Shown: positions 14,363-28,904, counted from the whole stretch's first letter. The stretch: DNA of 63,742 bases, filler included, from Octopus bimaculoides (GCF_001194135.2; 6 parts of 6 records of this genome joined end to end with filler, not necessarily neighbours in it); one strand, 5' to 3'. The notes: generated by a model from the letters alone, not told the origin. Numbers and translations: made by a program.

Positions 14363-14930
14363 AAAAACGAAGTTTAACGCGACTCGTTGAAGTTATGAAG
14401 AAAACAATGAATGGTCAGGCGTACAGTGTGGTGACGTGTGGGTGTGACAGGAGAGCTACGTGAGTATAGTTTGAATGGCTGTCTGATAATTTCGTTGGAG
14501 AGACTTTGATTGGGTGGTTAGATTTTGGTCTGTGGTGTTTTTGTTTGTTTTTATTGTTTTTTTGGCTTCGGGTTTTTTTTTTATTTTTTGTTTGGTGTTG
14601 TTGTTGTTTTTAAACACAAATAAAATTGTAATGAGATCGCAGACTGTCAAGACGATACTGTCGAAGATAAAGTAAAAAAAAAAAAAAAAAANNNNNNNNN
14701 NNNNNNNNNNNNNNNNNNNNNNNNNNNNNNNNNNNNNNNNNNNNNNNNNNNNNNNNNNNNNNNNNNNNNNNNNNNNNNNNNNNNNNNNNNNNNNNNNNNN
14801 NNNNNNNNNNNNNNNNNNNNNNNNNNNNNNNNNNNNNNNNNNNNNNNNNNNNNNNNNNNNNNNNNNNNNNNNNNNNNNNNNNNNNNNNNNNNNNNNNNNN
14901 NNNNNNNNNNNNNNNNNNNNNNNNNNNNNN

Positions 14931-15245
14931 AAGAAGAAGAAGAAGAAGAAGAAGAAGAAGAAGAAGAAGAAGAAGAAGAAGAAGAAGAAGAAGAAAAAGA
15001 AGAAGAAGGAGGAGGAAGAGGAGGAGGAGGAGGAGGAGAAGAAGAAGAAGAGAAAAGAGAAGAAAATGAAAAAGAACAGAAGAAAAAGAAAAGAAAAAGG
15101 AGAAAATATGATGATGATGATGATGATGATGAAGATGATGACGATGATGAAGAAGAAGAAGAAGAAGAAGAAGAAGAAGAAGAAGAAGAAGAAGAAGAAG
15201 AAGAGGAGGAGGAGGAGGAGGAAGTAGTAGTAGTAGTAGTAGTAG
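14931..15245. repeat. Compound trinucleotide microsatellite (GAA)n/(GAG)n/(GAT)n/(TAG)n
   Basis: Direct reading. Confidence 0.97.
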
Positions 15246-15619
15246 AAAAAGAAAACTAAGATTAAAGCTATTGCCATAGCTGGGGACGCACAGACGGGTG
15301 GCAAAGAGGTGGAAAAGATAGAAAGATGCAAGCTAGTGATAAAAGACGAAATTCCACGAATGAGGGGAAGGAAGAGTGTAACTGTCATCCGAGAAGGTGT
15401 GGAGGGTGGAAGCAGTGGGAGCATTAACAACCAGGTTTGTGGAAGAATTTGGAACTGACATGAGGGAAGAACATGCCCGAAAGAACTGTTCAAAAATACC
15501 AATCTTAGTACTTGGATATGAAGTATTGTGGAAAGAGACCCTGTCAGGCCTTTGGCAACAGGTTGCTGTCCGCCCTTACAGAATTTACCGGAGCAAGTAA
15601 AATCGAAGATTCTGAGAAC

Positions 15620-16082
15620 TAAAATGGAAATAATCTTTTCTATTCTAGGGATAAGGGGGTCAGTGGATTAGATCGATCTCAATACGCAACTGGTACTTTA
15701 TTTATCGAACCCGAAAGGATGAAAGGCAAAGTCGACTTCGGTGGAATTTGAACTCAGAACGTAAATACAGAAGAACTAAAATCGAAATATTCTTTTCTAT
15801 TCTAGGCACAAGGCACGAAAGTTTTGTGGGAGGGGGCCAGTGGATTACATCGACCCCAGTGCGTAACTGGTATTTAATTTATCGACCCCGAAAAGATGAA
15901 AGGCAAAGTCGGTGGAATTTGAACTCAGAACGTAAAGACAGACAAACTAAAATGGAAATGGAAATAGTAATAGTGACTTCTTTATTGTTTTCTATTCTAG
16001 GCACAAGGCCCGAAATTTTTGGGGAGGGGGGCAGTCGATTAGATCGACTCCATTATACAAATGGTATCTAATTTATCGATCA
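15620..16082 (-). repeat. Three tandem truncated family-A SINE units sharing the same junction
   Basis: Each unit starts CTAAAAT(G/C)GAAAT and continues TTTTCTATTCTAGG...ATCGA. Confidence 0.75.
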
Positions 16083-17235
16083 TAAAATAAAATAAAAACT
16101 TGTTCTTATATAGGTGCAGGCGTGGCTATGTGGTATGAATTTTGTTTCCCAACCACATGCTTTCGGGTTCAGTCCCACTGCGTGGCACGTTGGGCAAGTG
16201 CCTTTCACTATAGCCTCGAACCGACCAATGCCTTTGTTTGTGGATTTGGTAGATGAAAACTGAAAGAAGCCTGTCATATATATATGTATTAGTGTGTGTT
16301 CGTTTCCGACCAACGTTTGACAACTAGTGTTGGTGTGTTTACGTCCCTCTAAACTAGCTGTGCATCAAAATTGACCGATAGAATAAGTACCAGCCTTTGC
16401 AAAACAAATGATAAATATTGGTGTAGATTCATTCGACTAAAATTATTCAAGGTGTTGCGCTAGCATGGCCGCAATCTAATGACTGAAACACGTAAGATCT
16501 CAAACATATATACCAAAAACAAAATAACAAAAAAGATATTCTGAATTTGATTGACTCGGTCTAACGGTCCCCAACCTCATCAAAATTGATTCAAAACAAA
16601 TAAGAAAACTAAAGCGACAACAAGTGAAAAGGAAAAAAAAACGTCTAACTAAATTATGTTTTTTAAAGAATTTATTTTTATTTAATTTTGTCCTGACAAC
16701 AAATTTGAGAAAAGTTTGTTGTCTATCAGAGGGTTAATAGTTTCATATCTTTAATCCGACTTTCATAATGAAACGTTTAGCGCGTGGCTAATTCAATAGT
16801 TGACTTTGATGAGACTGAAAAGAAATGTGGACAACACTAAATTAACAAACATAAAATATTTATTTTTAACAGGAGCAGAGGTTTACAAATATAAAAACAA
16901 AAAAGAAACCACTTGGCGCAGGACTACCGAGAAACAAAGAGAGAGAGAAATGAAAAGTCTTAATGGCTGTCCACCAATCAGACATTGTTGGTCTTTTGTT
17001 AAAAATGGAAGACATTAACCTGAACGGTGTATCTTCGTCTTTCTCTTTTTACCTTTGACTTGTTTCAGTTATTGGGTTGCGACCATGCTGGGGCAACGCC
17101 TTGAAGGGTTTAGTCGAACAAATCGGCCCAAGTAGTTATTGTTGTTACTCTTTTTACTCTTTTACTTGTTTCGGTCATTTGACTGCAGCCATGCTGGAGC
17201 ACCGCCTTTAGTCCAGCAAATAGGCCCCAGGACTT

Positions 17236-18677
17236 ATTATTATTATTATTATTTATACAATTAGTATTTATACAAAGATGTATGTACTGCTAGACGATTT
17301 CCGTGATAGGCGGCTTGTATAGTAATAATGGGCTGCCGTTGTTTAGGATACGCGTTGAGTCATTTTGTTGGGTAACGATCATATATTCATTGTTCCATTG
17401 AGTTATAACTGGCATGGGATATGGGCTGGACTTAGTAGAGCTAATTTCAGATAGCATGCATCACTTGTATGTTCCGTATATTTTACTCGGGGTACCAACA
17501 AACCAATTGCTCCAATTCTGACTATACTGTTTTTGCTTTCGTACTGCAGATCTTGTTATTTCAGTTTCGTGATCCTTATGTTGAGCTGTCAGGTACATTC
17601 GTCCGTTCTTTTCTACTTAGGTCTCCATCGTCGTATGTCTGAAAACAAGGATTATACAGGTAGAGTACAGCTATAATACACCATAAAACACTACAGTAAA
17701 AGCAAACTCGTTACCAGTTCAAATATTCTTGACGCCTTTCTCAACCCATGGAAGTACCATTCAATATATTTTGTCCTGTCTTTCTGAGAAATACATTCGC
17801 CGAACAGTTTCATTACAGGAACGCTGCGAACTGACTCAGCCTATTTACACCAATCTGTCTCCAGCGACAAAATTTTCCCACGACAAAATACAATTAATGG
17901 CTTTCTTACGGTTTCAAATAAGCCTCAAGGATATTTGAACTGGTAACGTGTCTGCAATTATACACATTACTACTTAGTGCTGTCAACGGTTACAATAGAA
18001 ATATTTTTTTAATTCAAATGACATTGGAAAGTATTAAAATGAAAATAAAAGAAGCGAAGTATTTATCTGACAAACCAATATGTCTACACACTTTTCAATT
18101 CCTTTTGGACATGGTTTTGGTCAAATGATAATTATTTCTGGATTACATGGTTGAATAGGCATACTTAAGGAGGTTGTAGTTAAGTCTTTCTTTGGCACCT
18201 TATTTTGCACCTGTTTATGCCATCTATTTGTTTATCACTTTGAAGTGTCGACTCTGTTGTGTCTCTATATTTTTGGGTATTGAAACGCAGCCGGAAATTA
18301 CGCAGTCATCTGCCGGAATTGGTTGCATTGTCTTCAAATGAAGCTGGCATCATCTTTTGCTGTTTTAGTCTTGGAGGTGGTGGCAGTTAAGCACTGCTGT
18401 TCTGCAGCTAGTATCAGACATTTTTATTTCTGCATTTAGCCAAGAGCTCTTCAGTTATTGTTTACTTTCAATCTGACTTCTTTCTTTTGGTCGGCCTTAC
18501 AGAATAGAGGCCCTGGAGTGGTTTATTTTTTCTCTCACCGTTTTTTATATTTATATTTTGGTAATCCTTTTCCATCTTAACTTTTGTTTCCTAACATCTT
18601 AAGTTGTTTTCTTCTTGTCTAAATTTTATGTTTCAATGTAGCTGGTTCGTTTCATCTTTGTACTTTATCGTTTCTTA

Positions 18678-18708
<31 letters not shown>

Positions 18709-18960
18709 ACGTTTTTGCTTTCTTTATCTTATGAGCTTCACTTAGGTTTACCTCTGAGTAATTTATTATATTTTTCTTCGTTCGTTTCATGCAAGTTTTT
18801 ACTACAAACACCTGGTGCTTCTTTGTGTTCCTAAATTGTAAGCAGCCCTCTGCTTTTATCTTGTTTTTTGTAGAGATTGGAGCAGTGTAGACTCTTCCTG
18901 TAACCGTACTGCGTCAGTCTGTTTTTAGTTGTTGTTAATTTGTTGTTTTTATTTTACTGC
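17236..18960 (-). mobile_element. Degenerate R4/Dong-like non-LTR retrotransposon, 3' portion, ending in an (AAT)n tail
   Basis: Minus-strand peptide remnants LILAAEQQCLT, SGC, HKDHETEITRS and KLALLSPAHI resemble the R4/Dong C-terminus (IAAQDQ, YKDLEIEITRMW, KIALLGTAHIL). Many stops and internal insertions. Confidence 0.6.
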
Positions 18961-19293
18961 CTCTTGCTATATTGGTGTATACTCTGTTGTGTGCGGTATG
19001 TGTAATGTAAGTTGGGATATTGTTGGGCCTTAATCTTGTAAACTTAGGTGAGTTATTACTGCCATTATTAATATCATTAATGCGGTGAGAGGGCAGAATC
19101 GTGCCAGACAAAATACTCAGAGGCATTTTGCCCGTCTTTAGGACCTGCGTTCAAACTCCACCGAGATTGATTTTGCCTTGAATCCTTTCGCGGTCTATGA
19201 AATAAATACCATTCGAGTACTGGGGTCGAATATAATCTATTAGTTCCCTCCCAAAAATTTCAGACCTTGTGCTTTTAGGACGAAGGATTATTA

Positions 19294-19379
<86 letters not shown>

Positions 19380-20228
19380 TTCATTTCAATATACACAGGT
19401 TGAAAGCAGGAAAATTAGAGAGACCAAAATTTCATAAAATAATTCAGATAGTTCTAGATTGATCAATTTCTAGATTAGTTTAATGGCTCTTGCTTCAACT
19501 GTAGAGCATACTGGGCGAATTAAAGGAAAACATTTATACAAACCCTCAGAAAAGCACACGTAAAATACGTATTTTGCGTGTGCTTTCCACTCGCAAGGCT
19601 TTGATAGTCGTCCTGAGTCGTAAATCTCGAAACTATAGGAGAAAAAAAAACATCTGCAAAAGATGTCTCGCAGTGGAAATGAACCCAAAACGGCGAGATT
19701 GCAAAGCGAGCTTCTTCACATCAGTGTCTAAGTTCGTTTACTTCTGTAACTTGTCAGTTTGTTTCTGCATAACCAATATTATTAGACATTCGATACAGCT
19801 AAATCAATTATTTACAGATAATTCACTCACAGTTATTAATTTTTGATGAGGAAAATGATCTCATTCATTCTTCCAGAATAAGTCACTCTGTCATTCTCGA
19901 AAATAGAGAATCATGACTCCTTGTTTTTTTGTTTTTTTTTATACAAGAAAATGTGATTCGTTGTCCACAACTTATTTTATATTATTTCGTACTGCGGCCA
20001 TGCTGGGGCTTCGCTTTGAAAATTTCAGCCGAATGCATCGATCCCTCCGCTTATTATTTGTTGTTTTTTCTTCTGAAGCCTAGTATTTATTTTACGGTCT
20101 CTTTGGCCGAACCACTAAGTTGAGAGACCGTACACACACAAACATCGGTTGTCAAATGATAGCAAGGAACACACACACTCATACACACATATTATATATA
20201 TATATATACATATTTAGATATGTGCGTG

Positions 20229-20259
<31 letters not shown>

Positions 20260-21937
20260 CTGTCTCTCTGTGTGTATACATACCATGATCTCTTAAAAAT
20301 ATGGAGGGGAAAATGCCTCACCACTAAAAGGTAACAACTGGGTTGTTATTGGCTTTCGACTTCCGGCTGTGCCTTCGACTTCCGGCTGAGCTGCCATTGG
20401 CTTTCGATCTATAGTCTTCGAATTAGCCTTCTCCTTTCTGGTTTTGAGAAGCCTAATTTCTCGAGATTCATATTTAGGCAGTGTGCTACATATCCCAGGG
20501 CCCCAATAATTACAGGTATAAACCTGAACTTGTAATCTGGATAAAGTAACTTCAGATTTCTCAATAGTTCAGCATAGTGTTCCCTATTTCATTGATCTTC
20601 AGCTTTATCTTACATCAGCTGAGCAGCTAATTTCCACAACTGTGCACAGTTTCTCTTCACTACCCCAAATCATTATATCAGGTCTGTTGTGTATGTATGC
20701 ATGTATGTATGCATGTATGTATGTATGTATGCATGTATGTATGTATAATGGTAAGGTTCTGATATACATAAAATATAGTTTTACTGTTTTGCTTTTGTGC
20801 AGATAGTATTCCTGTTTCGACTCGGAAACAAACAAGCAATGACTGTCAACACATTTTAACTGCCATTACGTTATTTTGAAATATAATTATGTAATACATG
20901 TGGACATTTCAATATGTCTGATTTTTGTATTCTTTCATTTTGCTTTTTCATTTGTTTTGTTTTATTTGCGGGTTCTTTTTTTTACGTTTGCTGGATATTT
21001 TTTCTACTCTTTTTGTTTTTTTTTTCTTTTTGCATATTTTCTCTTTAATTTCATTCCGTTTCTCTTTTATAATCGTGTTTTATTAATTTTTTTATTATAT
21101 TATTGTGGTTTATGCATATTTATTACATTTACGTCTTTATTTTAAATTCTTAGTGCATTTCATTTCATTAGATTATATTTTAATTCATATTTCATTTTAA
21201 ATATAAACGACAAATATATATTGATAGAAATGTGTGTTTTTTGATTTTTGTTAATTTTTTACTAGTGGTTAATGGCTGGTTTTGTCGTTGTTGTTGTAGC
21301 TGTTGTTTTTCAACGATTGGCAGCCATGTTATAACAAAAAGCTGTAGATACGACAGAAAAAAAAGAAGAGAAAAAGCCAAATGAGTAAGGGAGAGAGAGG
21401 GGGGAAAGAGAGAGAGAGAAAGAGAGACAGACAGACAGAGACAGAGAGGGATCGGTTTATGAACGTTTTGCAAGAGTATGTGGTGCTGGAATTTAAAATA
21501 TAGATAGATAAATAGAAAGAGAGTTATACAGACAAATAGATAGATATAGGGTCAAAGAAAACACACACACACGCATATATATATANNNNNNNNNNNNNNN
21601 NNNNNNNNNNNNNNNNNNNNNNNNNNNNNNNNNNNNNNNNNNNNNNNNNNNNNNNNNNNNNNNNNNNNNNNNNNNNNNNNNNNNNNNNNNNNNNNNNNNN
21701 NNNNNNNNNNNNNNNNNNNNNNNNNNNNNNNNNNNNNNNNNNNNNNNNNNNNNNNNNNNNNNNNNNNNNNNNNNNNNNNNNNNNNNNNNNNNNNNNNNNN
21801 NNNNNNNNNNNNNNNNNNNNNNNNNNNNNNNNNNNNNNNNNNNNNNNNNNNNNNNNNNNNNNNNNNNNNNNNNNNNNNNNNNNNNNNNNNNNNNNNNNNN
21901 NNNNNNNNNNNNNNNNNNNNNNNNNNNNNNNNNNNTA

Positions 21938-21973
<36 letters not shown>

Positions 21974-22043
21974 CATATATACAAAAGACAGACAAATGGA
22001 CACTTACGTAGATCGACAGACTGGCAGACAGACAGATACAGAA

Positions 22044-22125
<82 letters not shown>

Positions 22126-22740
22126 GGACAAACAGACAGACAGACACATAGATAGACAGGTAGATAGATACATACATACATACATACATACATACATAAT
22201 ACATACATACGTACTGACGTACGTACGCACGTACATACATGCATACATATGTACCTATATACATAAATGCGTACGTACATACATATAAGCATGCATACAT
22301 ATATACATAGAGTAATATTTACTGAGAATAATACATAAATGGAATACACAGAAGATGAGAGTCGAATACAATAATTACGGATAATGTAATAAACCGGTTA
22401 TTGTTATCAAATTACGTGTCATAAGCTGTTTATTCGCCGAAGGTCATCAGTGAATTCATTCCATCGTCCTAAAGTAATCACATTAAGCGGCTCCCACTGC
22501 ATGTACGTATGTTTAGAACGAAAGAAATATTCGGGCTCACATTTCGATAAGATGAATACTGGTAAATTTACGGATATGAATCCATGTGTATGTGTGTGTG
22601 TGTGTGTGTGTCTGTGTATCTGTGTGTGCGTACATTTATGTGTGCGTGGTGTATGTATGTATGTATGTGTGTGGGTGCATCTATGCGTGTATGGTGTGTG
22701 TACGTGTGTTTGCATCTATGTATGTATTGTGTCTGTGTGC

Positions 22741-22820
<80 letters not shown>
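22741..22820. repeat. (AAT)n microsatellite. Similar tracts at 9946-10000, 11678-11762, 13562-13628, 14046-14120, 19286-19378, 31415-31495, 44680-44760
   Basis: Direct reading. Confidence 0.97.
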
Positions 22821-22850
22821 CATGGTAATCATAATGATAATAATGATAAT

Positions 22851-23105
22851 GTCCAGATGCAGTACCAGGGAGTGGCTCTCATGGCTTCTGATCTTAATTG
22901 ATTGGAAGTGTTATCATGTACATTGTTTTGTCTTGGTATAAAAGATGGGTTACAGCAAATATTCTGCTTAATATCACAGATTTGCTGGTCAGTTGTTTGA
23001 CCTTAACCAGCTGAGTATGTCCTTTAGTGGCTGACGATATGTGCATCTCTGATCACGACCAGAAGTAGTGGGTGAGCATCATAGCCATGTGTTGGGAGGA
23101 ACTGT
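22851..23105 (+). mobile_element. Second copy of the (AAT)n-abutting repeat
   Basis: GATGCAGTACCAGG...CATCATAGCCATGTGTTG matches the reverse complement of 11430-11672. Confidence 0.75.
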
Positions 23106-23654
23106 GTGCAGTTTGAATAATTCACTTCTCAAGGCAAATCAGCGTGACACAGACTGTATATAAGGTTAGCCATTTTGGATTGTAGGGAGGACTCACTTTT
23201 ACAAGCTAAGTGGACTCGAAAAACCTGAAAAAGATTTCTTGCTCAAGGACACAACGCACAACAGGGAATTGAACTCACGACGTTATGATTGTGAGCCGAA
23301 TACCCTTAACCACTTAGCCATACGCTTTCACACATAGTTTCCTCAATTCACACCTTACTGCCCTAGAATAAGACGGAACGTAGAATTCCTTTCGCCATGA
23401 ATGTGGTCAGTCACGAGTAACCTGGAGTTAAGCCTCAAAGGCAAAATTCTAAATAACAGGCTTAGTCAAACAATTGAATATTACAAATAAGCAGTGTTAA
23501 ATCTCGTCTGATTTTCTGCATTTTAACAATTGAAAGAAAGATTAATTTGCAGCTAGATAGCTTACAGGAGGAAAAGAAACCGGAAATCAGAATTTTGACA
23601 AGACTATTAGCTGTATTAGATTTGTGATACTCGTTTCCGCTATTTGCGATTAAA

Positions 23655-23706
<52 letters not shown>

Positions 23707-23822
23707 GCAGTCTTGATATCCANNNNNNNNNNNNNNNNNNNNNNNNNNNNNNNNNNNNNNNNNNNNTTAATTAATTAANNNNNNNNNNNNNNNNNNNNNN
23801 NNNNNNNNNNNNNNNNNNNNNN

Positions 23823-24093
23823 TGTTATCTCCCCCTTTCTTAGCTCTCCTGAAATAAGAATTTCTAACTTCCGGTCAGTCATTGTTATGATCGGCCATTA
23901 TTATGATTGACCGTTGACTGAACACTATTCAATTTTTTTTCTCCGTGTTTTTCTCCTTGTCTCCGTATTCTTTCTGTTGAAGAGCGTAGCTCGAAACGTC
24001 AAAGACTTTCCGTATTCCCGAGCGTCATACTAATATATACTTTTGTTATTTACACCACCTGTCCTCGTCTGTTGTTATTTTTTGTATATTCTC

Positions 24094-24098
<5 letters not shown>
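23823..24098 (+). mobile_element. Probable Penelope-like terminal (pLTR) fragment followed by (TA)n
   Basis: GAAGAGCGTAGCTCGAAACGTCAAAG motif typical of PLE ends. The 3' part is shared with 222-300. Confidence 0.55.
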
Positions 24099-24135
<37 letters not shown>

Positions 24136-24939
24136 TGAAAGTTGGCAGCCAGTTTTCATGTATATCATTGCCTGTTCAGTTTTTAACCTCCCGAATCCTG
24201 TAATATCTCGACAAGCTAGTCAAAAGCCATAAATCATGTTATTAAATCTAGATTCATCATCGAATTTATCTCCACCAACAGATGAAAGCCTATTGCTGTA
24301 AGGAAAAAGAAAATTTGAGAATTTATTAAATGTTCATATTTTGGTTTTGAAATCTTCCTTTGTAGCCAGAATACAGAGGATCGCTGATTCTCCCGTTCAA
24401 CCGAATGTTTAGACTTTGCTGAATTCTTCTGTTAGGTTCTAGACCACACGCTGTGTTGTTCGATTTCTTTTCTTCTTCTTTCCTCGCTTCCATTTCTTTT
24501 TCTTTCATTTGAAACTTCCTTCCAGCCCGCTTTCTCATTATTCTTGTATAATAACTATTAATTATACATTTTGTTTTCTTACATATCAAGAAAAGACCAA
24601 GCAACACAAGCATTTCTATATACATACAGAAAAACATGATTTCATGATTGCTGTGTGTGGTGAAATTATATTCCTAATAAGTTCCATTACAATTCGGTGA
24701 GTCTGTGTTGTAATTCAGAATTAAATATCACGTTAGCAACCGGCAAAGATATGTTCAGCTTAATTAATATTAAATATTCTTTGAAAATTCTGGAATGTTC
24801 TACACCTAACTACCAAAGTTCTAAACAGTTCACAAACTAAGCATAGATAACAGCTTAATTTGTATTATTTACTCAAAATATAAGCCAAATTTTTGCTAAT
24901 TTTTTTTTTAATGTGTTACTTAATTTAGTAACCCACTTT

Positions 24940-25290
24940 GTGAAGGCACATGACTCAGTGGGTAGACTTATAACTATGAAGTAGTCAGTTCCATTTCCGT
25001 AACGGGCTGTATTTTGCTTTGTGTCTTGGCAAGACACTATATTTCACGTTGCTCCAGTTCACTCAGCTGAAGAAATGAGTTGCAACGTCACTCGTGTCAA
25101 GCTCTTTCGGCCTTTGCCTTTCCCTTGGATAACATCGATGGCATGGAGAGGGGAGGTTGGTATGCATGAGCGACTACTGATCTTCCATAAACAACCTTGC
25201 ACAGACTTATGACTTGGAGGGACATTTTCTATGTGCAATTCCATAATCATTCATGACCGAAGGGGGTCTTCATCCTTTACCCTAAGTAAC
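24940..25290 (+). mobile_element. tRNA-head SINE family E. Other copies at 33362-33710 and 52145-52380
   Basis: Shared CTTGAGCAAG...CAGTTCACTCAGCTG..GAAATGAGTTGC.ACGTCACT core. Confidence 0.7.
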
Positions 25291-25899
25291 CCCTTTGTTG
25301 GCTGTGGAGTGTAGACCAACGGTCACTTTCGTCCATAGCTCTCGATTTGGTGCTATCTTCCTCTTTTCCGACTCTGATTGGTTTCGAATTGTCATCGATG
25401 TCTCTATAATTTTATATCTTTCTAGGTAGAGGTATTGGTCCTACGGAACCCTATTTTCACCTCTGGGAAGAAGTAGTCTATATTAGTCAGGCCTCTATCC
25501 TTCGACCTGCCCGGTCGATTGCTTTCTGTTGGCATAGCTCTCGGGGCCACTGAGGCACATAAGCCATCACAGTACAACAAGGAATGGAACTTTTGAGTAA
25601 CTATTCGTTACTTCATGTTAATCCTACCCATCATATGTAAAATGATTAGTATTTTGGTTTCTTAACACCATGCTTTCTTAAATCATATAATAGGGGCCTT
25701 TTTACTATTTTATCTCTAACAGATATTAGCTCTTTAATTTACTAATATCTGTTAATTCAAATGAAATGTCACTAATATTTTGTAAATTCATATATCACTG
25801 CCTTACTGCGCCACACTTTGGATAAGTCTGTCTCTATAGACTCGGTTGACCAAAGCCCTCTGAAGAGAATTGGTATGCAGAAACAAAAAGAAGCACAAC

Positions 25900-25950
<51 letters not shown>

Positions 25951-28904
25951 CGCGTATGGGTGTGCGTCTGCATGCGTGTGAGTGATTCTGCGTGTCCTTG
26001 TCTCTCTTTGCCTAGACTAATTATAAAGAAGCAACAGCGTCGTACACGTAGACACGTGGTGTCAATTCTTTGCAGCCTTTTGTGAAAGCAATCTGGCCAT
26101 TACACTCTTCATGTTTGGAGAGTCACAGAAAATAATACATGACTTGCTAATATGTTCTAGTTAGTGAGATAAAGTTTATCCATCCATAGAAAATCTGCAT
26201 CAACAAATATCGTCTGACACATGCAATATCATCATCAAAGCCATCGTCATCAACGCCGACGTCGTCATCATCATCATCATCACCATGACGATGAAGATGA
26301 TAATGATGCAGAAGAATCGGTGAAGGAAATTACTCAAGATCACCATTCAGTAGTTACGTTCGTAAACAAACGTAACATATTTAATGCACTGAACACCGAA
26401 GATCTAATTAGAAATAGTTAAGCTGTAGGGAAGAGTCGAGATTAACTCAATAAACAATATGAAATTAATTATTTCAGCAAACGCAGGAGATAACTGCGGG
26501 CACGGTTCAGTCTTATTAGATCTCCTCCGAGTAGCTTAGACTTCATTGGAATTGTCCAAGTAGTGATAAGTAAAATGTTATGTAAACGTTACAATATTAT
26601 ACACACGCGTAGGCGTGAAAAAATAGTATGTTTAATCAAATGAATCACTGAGGTTAATTACTAAAGACAGAAATGCCATTCACCTGGAAAGACATCATTT
26701 AGTGAACATCAAAAATCTAATTAAACATAATTATGCGCCGAGGAAAAGACATCATTTGCGTAATTAGTGAAAATGTTGTAATTAGAATCTTGTAATTTAG
26801 AATGGTGTAATTTAGAATACAGAGGTTTTACTACATTACAATATTAAGATTTTTCTTTCTCTATATTCAGATAAAAGATTTTGAGAATTACTTTATTGTT
26901 TATTTTGGTTTGACAAAATAACTAACAGCACTATACCAATAATATTCGATAGCCTATATCTTTATTGTCTAAAAGAAGACGTCTCTATGAGTTATGAAAA
27001 AAAATCAACATAGTCCACTGCATATAGCAGTGTAAGATTTCGTTTTCTTAATGGCTCAGTAAAAGGAGGAAATATAGCATCCATCATCCTCTTCAAGGTA
27101 TCCTAGTCTGGTGTAAGGGAAAAGTTGAAGCTACTTTGAAGCCATAAATCAGTTTAAGGTGATGGTGGTGTGGTGTAAGCATTGCATTTGTTGTTTGGCG
27201 GTGGTAAACCGGACGATGGATGAAGTCTACAACTCAAGTTTGCTACTATTATGAAAAATGGAACAAGGTAGCGAGCTGACAAAATAGTTACAGCGTTGGA
27301 AAAAATAACTTGTGATATTTCTTCTGATTTTTTTACGTTCTGCGTTCATACCTCACTGAGGTCAACTTTGTCTTTCACTCTCCAGAGTCAATAAAATAAG
27401 TACCAATCAAATACTGAGGTCGAGGGTCTAGACAAAAACCCTCCTCTGAAAATTATTAGCATTGTGTCTAGACTAAAACCATTAAAAAAAAAAAGGGAAC
27501 CATTAAGGATGATTATATGCAGTTCCTTTTATAGCTAAATTCATTTTGAAGACTAATATGGGATTGAAAGAATAATACATTTATTTCCAACGTGTGAATG
27601 CACATATAATGGTTATATGAAAGAGAAGCTTCTGAAAGTTAGTGGCTGGAGCGAATTCACCTCTTAGAAATCTCTTTCATATAAAACTTTATAAATGCAT
27701 TTAGACGCATACTGTTTAGCGTTAACCAGATAACAAACATATCTCATCCTGAATAAACGCTATTTCATACTAAATTCAATTTCCAGAAATTCCCATCCCA
27801 TTATCTTACTACCGAAACAGAAATTGGTAGGATAGGAACTTATGACACAAGAACCAGTAAAGTGATATGTTTTATAGCTATTTTATCTTTACGCCCTGTT
27901 ATCATGACTTCACATTTATTTTATTTTCTCTTGAATCTCACGTATAAATATAACCACACGTTGAACTACTTCACGCATCAAAAGTTTTTGTTTTTAGTTG
28001 TGGTTGTTAATATTTTAATCGCTTGGCTTGCGTGCGATCAAAAGCGTTCCACATGTAACCAACCCGTCTTTTTCATATATCAAAGATTACGTGGTACACT
28101 GTATCCATCTTTATCTATGGCGCTAACTTGTGATTTGAAGGTGATTCTATTAATGTATTACTGACGCATGTCTATAATATTTCTAGAATGAATAGTAACG
28201 GGTTGAGTAAGATAAGCGATTAACTAACACTAAGAGAATCCACATTTCGAATTTGTTTTCTGAATGATTTGAATGTTATGAACACCACATATTACGATTT
28301 CTCGTCCCATATAAATATACAAGCACATTGTAGGAAGTAAAGGCGAAGCTTTTAGCCAAATTAGCAGCAATAATCATATTTGCATTGATGTTTTAATGAT
28401 CAGCAAATACAAATTGTATCTATGTTATCACCAGATTGGTGGTGTGTCCATGTCTATAAAACAAATGTCTCAATACCTTAATCTACTAAGATTTAAATAA
28501 AGTATAACCTGTGACGCTGTGTATAGTTACACAGAATGGTAGAAATGTGGAACTGACGACTGTTTTTCTCCCCCCCCTTATCATTATGTCAACCGGAAAC
28601 TTTAACATCTATCATACTTTGCCTTTTAATCGCTTTGGGTGTCAAAGATATACGAAGGTTCCATTGATGATTGTGATTCTGAAAATGTTTACCTGGTCTT
28701 ATCATAAATACACCAACAGCTAAAATCCAAATTAAATCCATTTTAGCTCCATCATACTTGTGAACAATTATACACAACTTAAAGGCCATATGTTGATTAT
28801 AATATTAATACTAAACTCTTCTACTATACCTACTGGCAGATGAAAGTCTTGTGGTTGGATTTGGTAGACGAACAGAAATATCATACTTTCACCCCTTAGT
28901 TTTC

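Noticed and set aside
14395-14465. Possible plus-strand ATG exon MKKTMNGQAYSVVTCGCDRRAT|gtgagt
   Set aside because: No downstream partner exon or homology; sits between microsatellites.
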